A stretch of 54,088 nucleotides of DNA, from positions 35,434 through 89,521 of the forward strand of contig JAGOSA010000001.1 in assembly GCA_018062505.1 (NCBI GenBank). The letters run 5' to 3'. Under the pieces are notes generated by a model. It saw only the letters and a program-made list of their open reading frames with translations. It was not told the DNA's origin and ran no database searches. Of this stretch, positions 52,851 through 54,088 are shown in pieces. A program made the position numbers and the translations under genes. Each line of letters opens with the position of its first letter. Position 1 is the first letter of the stretch. The stretch comes from Minisyncoccota bacterium. Lineage in GTDB: Bacteria; Patescibacteriota; Minisyncoccia; Phycocordibacterales; UBA9973.

Positions 52851-52888
52851 TCACACGCTAGTGCGAGGTTCGGGAGACCGAGAGGGAT
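52851..52888. repeat. 38-bp direct repeat, right copy
   Basis: All 38 positions are identical to 47372-47409. The flanking bases differ on both sides. Confidence 0.95.
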
Positions 52889-52933
52889 CTCGTTAGTCTA
52901 AATAAAAAAATATTGATATAGTCATTACTATAT

Positions 52934-53236
52934 ATGGGAATTGAGATAGAACTCGGTATTTTGATTATTATCCAGCTTCTCGCAAGCTCTTTTTTCGGCC
53001 ACTTTGAAGTCGGCACGCCTGCATGGAGGAAAATAGTGAAGTGGCTCGTGTTGGATAGCATCACTGTCGCGCTCTACTTTGGCATCGGCCACTATGCCCT
53101 CATTTTCCCACTTGCCATTGCTATTCTGGGTACCACCGTTCACATCAGGATTTGCAAAAAGAACGGTATTGATCCCTTGAAAGCCACACCCCGAGATAAA
53201 TACTACAAACTGCGTGGCTGGAAACTTGAAGAGTAA
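52934..53236 (+). CDS. small 3-TM membrane protein, coupled upstream of the P-type ATPase
   Basis: 100-aa hydrophobic ORF. Its stop lies 4 nt before the ATPase ATG. Confidence 0.45.
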   Translation: MGIEIELGILIIIQLLASSFFGHFEVGTPAWRKIVKWLVLDSITVALYFGIGHYALIFPLAIAILGTTVHIRICKKNGIDPLKATPRDKYYKLRGWKLEE

Positions 53237-53240
53237 TACA

Positions 53241-54088
53241 ATGTTCAAAGAAATAATCAAAAATAAAAAGTTCAGGTTTCTCTTGCTGGCGCTCGCACTG
53301 GTCATTCCTTTTGAAATTCTCTCATTCGCCGACAAACACTTTCCGCTCTCCGTCGAAGCGCCGCTCTTTATAATCCTCATCGGTGTCGTTGGACGAAAGG
53401 TATTCATTAAAGGGTTCAAGAGCTTACTCAAGCTCAAGTTCTCGAGCATTAACCTCCTCATGACTATCGCCGTCTTCGGCGCACTGTATCTCCGTCAATT
53501 CGAGGAAGCGGCGATCATCGTCATTTTATTCTCGCTCGGCGAAGCGCTCGAAGATTTTGGTATCGACAAGAGCAAGTCGGCGCTTCAGGAATTGGTGAAC
53601 AAAAATCCCAAGTCAGTCACCCTCAAAGGCAATACCGAAAAAACCGCTATAGAAAACGTGAAGATCGGTGACATTTTCATCGTGAAAAATGGCGACCACA
53701 TCGCTCTCGACGGCACGATCGTTTCCGGCGAATCGCTCATCGATGAATCATCAATCACGGGTGAGCCATTGCCAAAGAGCAAGTATATTGGTGACTTCGT
53801 CTATTCAGGAAGCGTGAACGGCCATGGGTACCTTGAGGTGAAAGCCACCAAAGAAGCCAAGGACACGACGCTCTCGAAAATTATCAAGCTCACCTACGAA
53901 GCGGCAGCCAAGAAATCCGAGTCACAGCAATTCATCGACAAGTTTGCCAAGTACTACACGCCACTCGTCATGCTGGCCGCTTTCTTGGTGGTTCTCATTC
54001 CTGTCGTCTTTCTCAATCTGCCATTTGAAAAGTGGTTCACTGAAGCACTTACCCTCCTCATCATTTCCTGTCCGTGCGCCTTGGTGAT
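53241..54088 (+). CDS. heavy-metal (Cd/Zn/Co-type) P1B-type ATPase, N-terminal part (continues beyond window end), no HMA domain
   Basis: Absent from the ORF track because it has an open end. Translation is MFKEIIKNKKFRF...DESSITGEPLPKSK (TGE actuator motif) ...LTLLIISCPCALV (CPC metal site in the TM helix). Confidence 0.9.
   Translation, partial: MFKEIIKNKKFRFLLLALALVIPFEILSFADKHFPLSVEAPLFIILIGVVGRKVFIKGFKSLLKLKFSSINLLMTIAVFGALYLRQFEEAAIIVILFSLGEALEDFGIDKSKSALQELVNKNPKSVTLKGNTEKTAIENVKIGDIFIVKNGDHIALDGTIVSGESLIDESSITGEPLPKSKYIGDFVYSGSVNGHGYLEVKATKEAKDTTLSKIIKLTYEAAAKKSESQQFIDKFAKYYTPLVMLAAFLVVLIPVVFLNLPFEKWFTEALTLLIISCPCALV

Larger units (their letters stand above)
47372..52888. mobile_element. 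putative tRNA-adjacent genomic island bounded by 38-bp direct repeats (no recombinase visible)
   Basis: Perfect direct repeats flank a visibly more AT-rich segment. It carries accessory genes, a duplicated gene fragment, an orphan gene end and a CBASS-like operon. Confidence 0.5.

Noticed and set aside
52825-52853. Degenerate tRNA 3' half upstream of the right repeat (ttggttctagaccgacgagcttca versus caggttcgattcctgccggggtca)
   Set aside because: Only about half the positions match and the T-stem does not pair. This is insufficient to call a tRNA remnant.
47372-52888. Prophage or ICE
   Set aside because: No integrase, excisionase, replication, structural or conjugation genes are visible. Only the neutral term genomic island is justified.

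Overview
All calls come from reading the sequence and ORF translations by eye. No database or HMM search was run, so family names are motif-level recognitions.

The window looks like a compact, streamlined bacterial chromosome. Gene content and style resemble Patescibacteria/CPR (inference only): short intergenic gaps, many membrane-anchored hypothetical proteins, ComEC and PilM. The standard genetic code fits.

Recognisable housekeeping genes:
- alr (partial), Fe/Mn superoxide dismutase, comEC, rnhA, recJ and two HIT proteins
- rplS, an RluA-type pseudouridine synthase, ruvX/yqgF, a Trbp111-like tRNA-binding protein and pterin carbinolamine dehydratase
- an OmpR/histidine-kinase pair, a MacA/MacB-like efflux set, an AlkD-like repair protein, a SWIB-domain protein and a partial CPC-type P-type ATPase
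- seven tRNA genes: His-GTG, Leu-GAG, Val-TAC, Arg-TCT, Ser-TGA and Arg-GCG

Most interesting region: a visibly AT-rich ~5.5 kb segment (47372-52888).
- It is bounded by a perfect 38-bp direct repeat, and the left copy abuts tRNA-Arg(GCG).
- It carries a mosaic of small membrane or unknown genes, including a 124-bp duplicated gene start and an orphan 3' gene fragment.
- It also carries a tightly coupled three-gene operon: a LexA-type S24 repressor, a Cap5-like HNH-SAVED nuclease (interrupted by a 1-nt frameshift, with an A7 run as the candidate site) and a SMODS/CD-NTase with an AGS-C-like C-terminal domain.
- An SOS-box-like palindrome lies in the promoter region. This would be a CBASS-type module apparently placed under a LexA-like (DNA-damage) switch.

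Other leads:
- a 1096-aa protein with a glutamine-synthetase-like amidoligase motif set and internal repeats, flanked by small coupled genes
- a protein fusing a DxDDTA prenyl-cyclase-like barrel to a DDxxD isoprenoid-synthase-like domain, overlapping the kinase gene
- a free-standing archaeal-type ThrRS editing domain in an operon with HIT, a HAD nucleotidase and a ParB/Srx-like protein
- a pair of ~562-aa paralogous membrane proteins

No CRISPR array, rRNA, transposase or integrase was seen.
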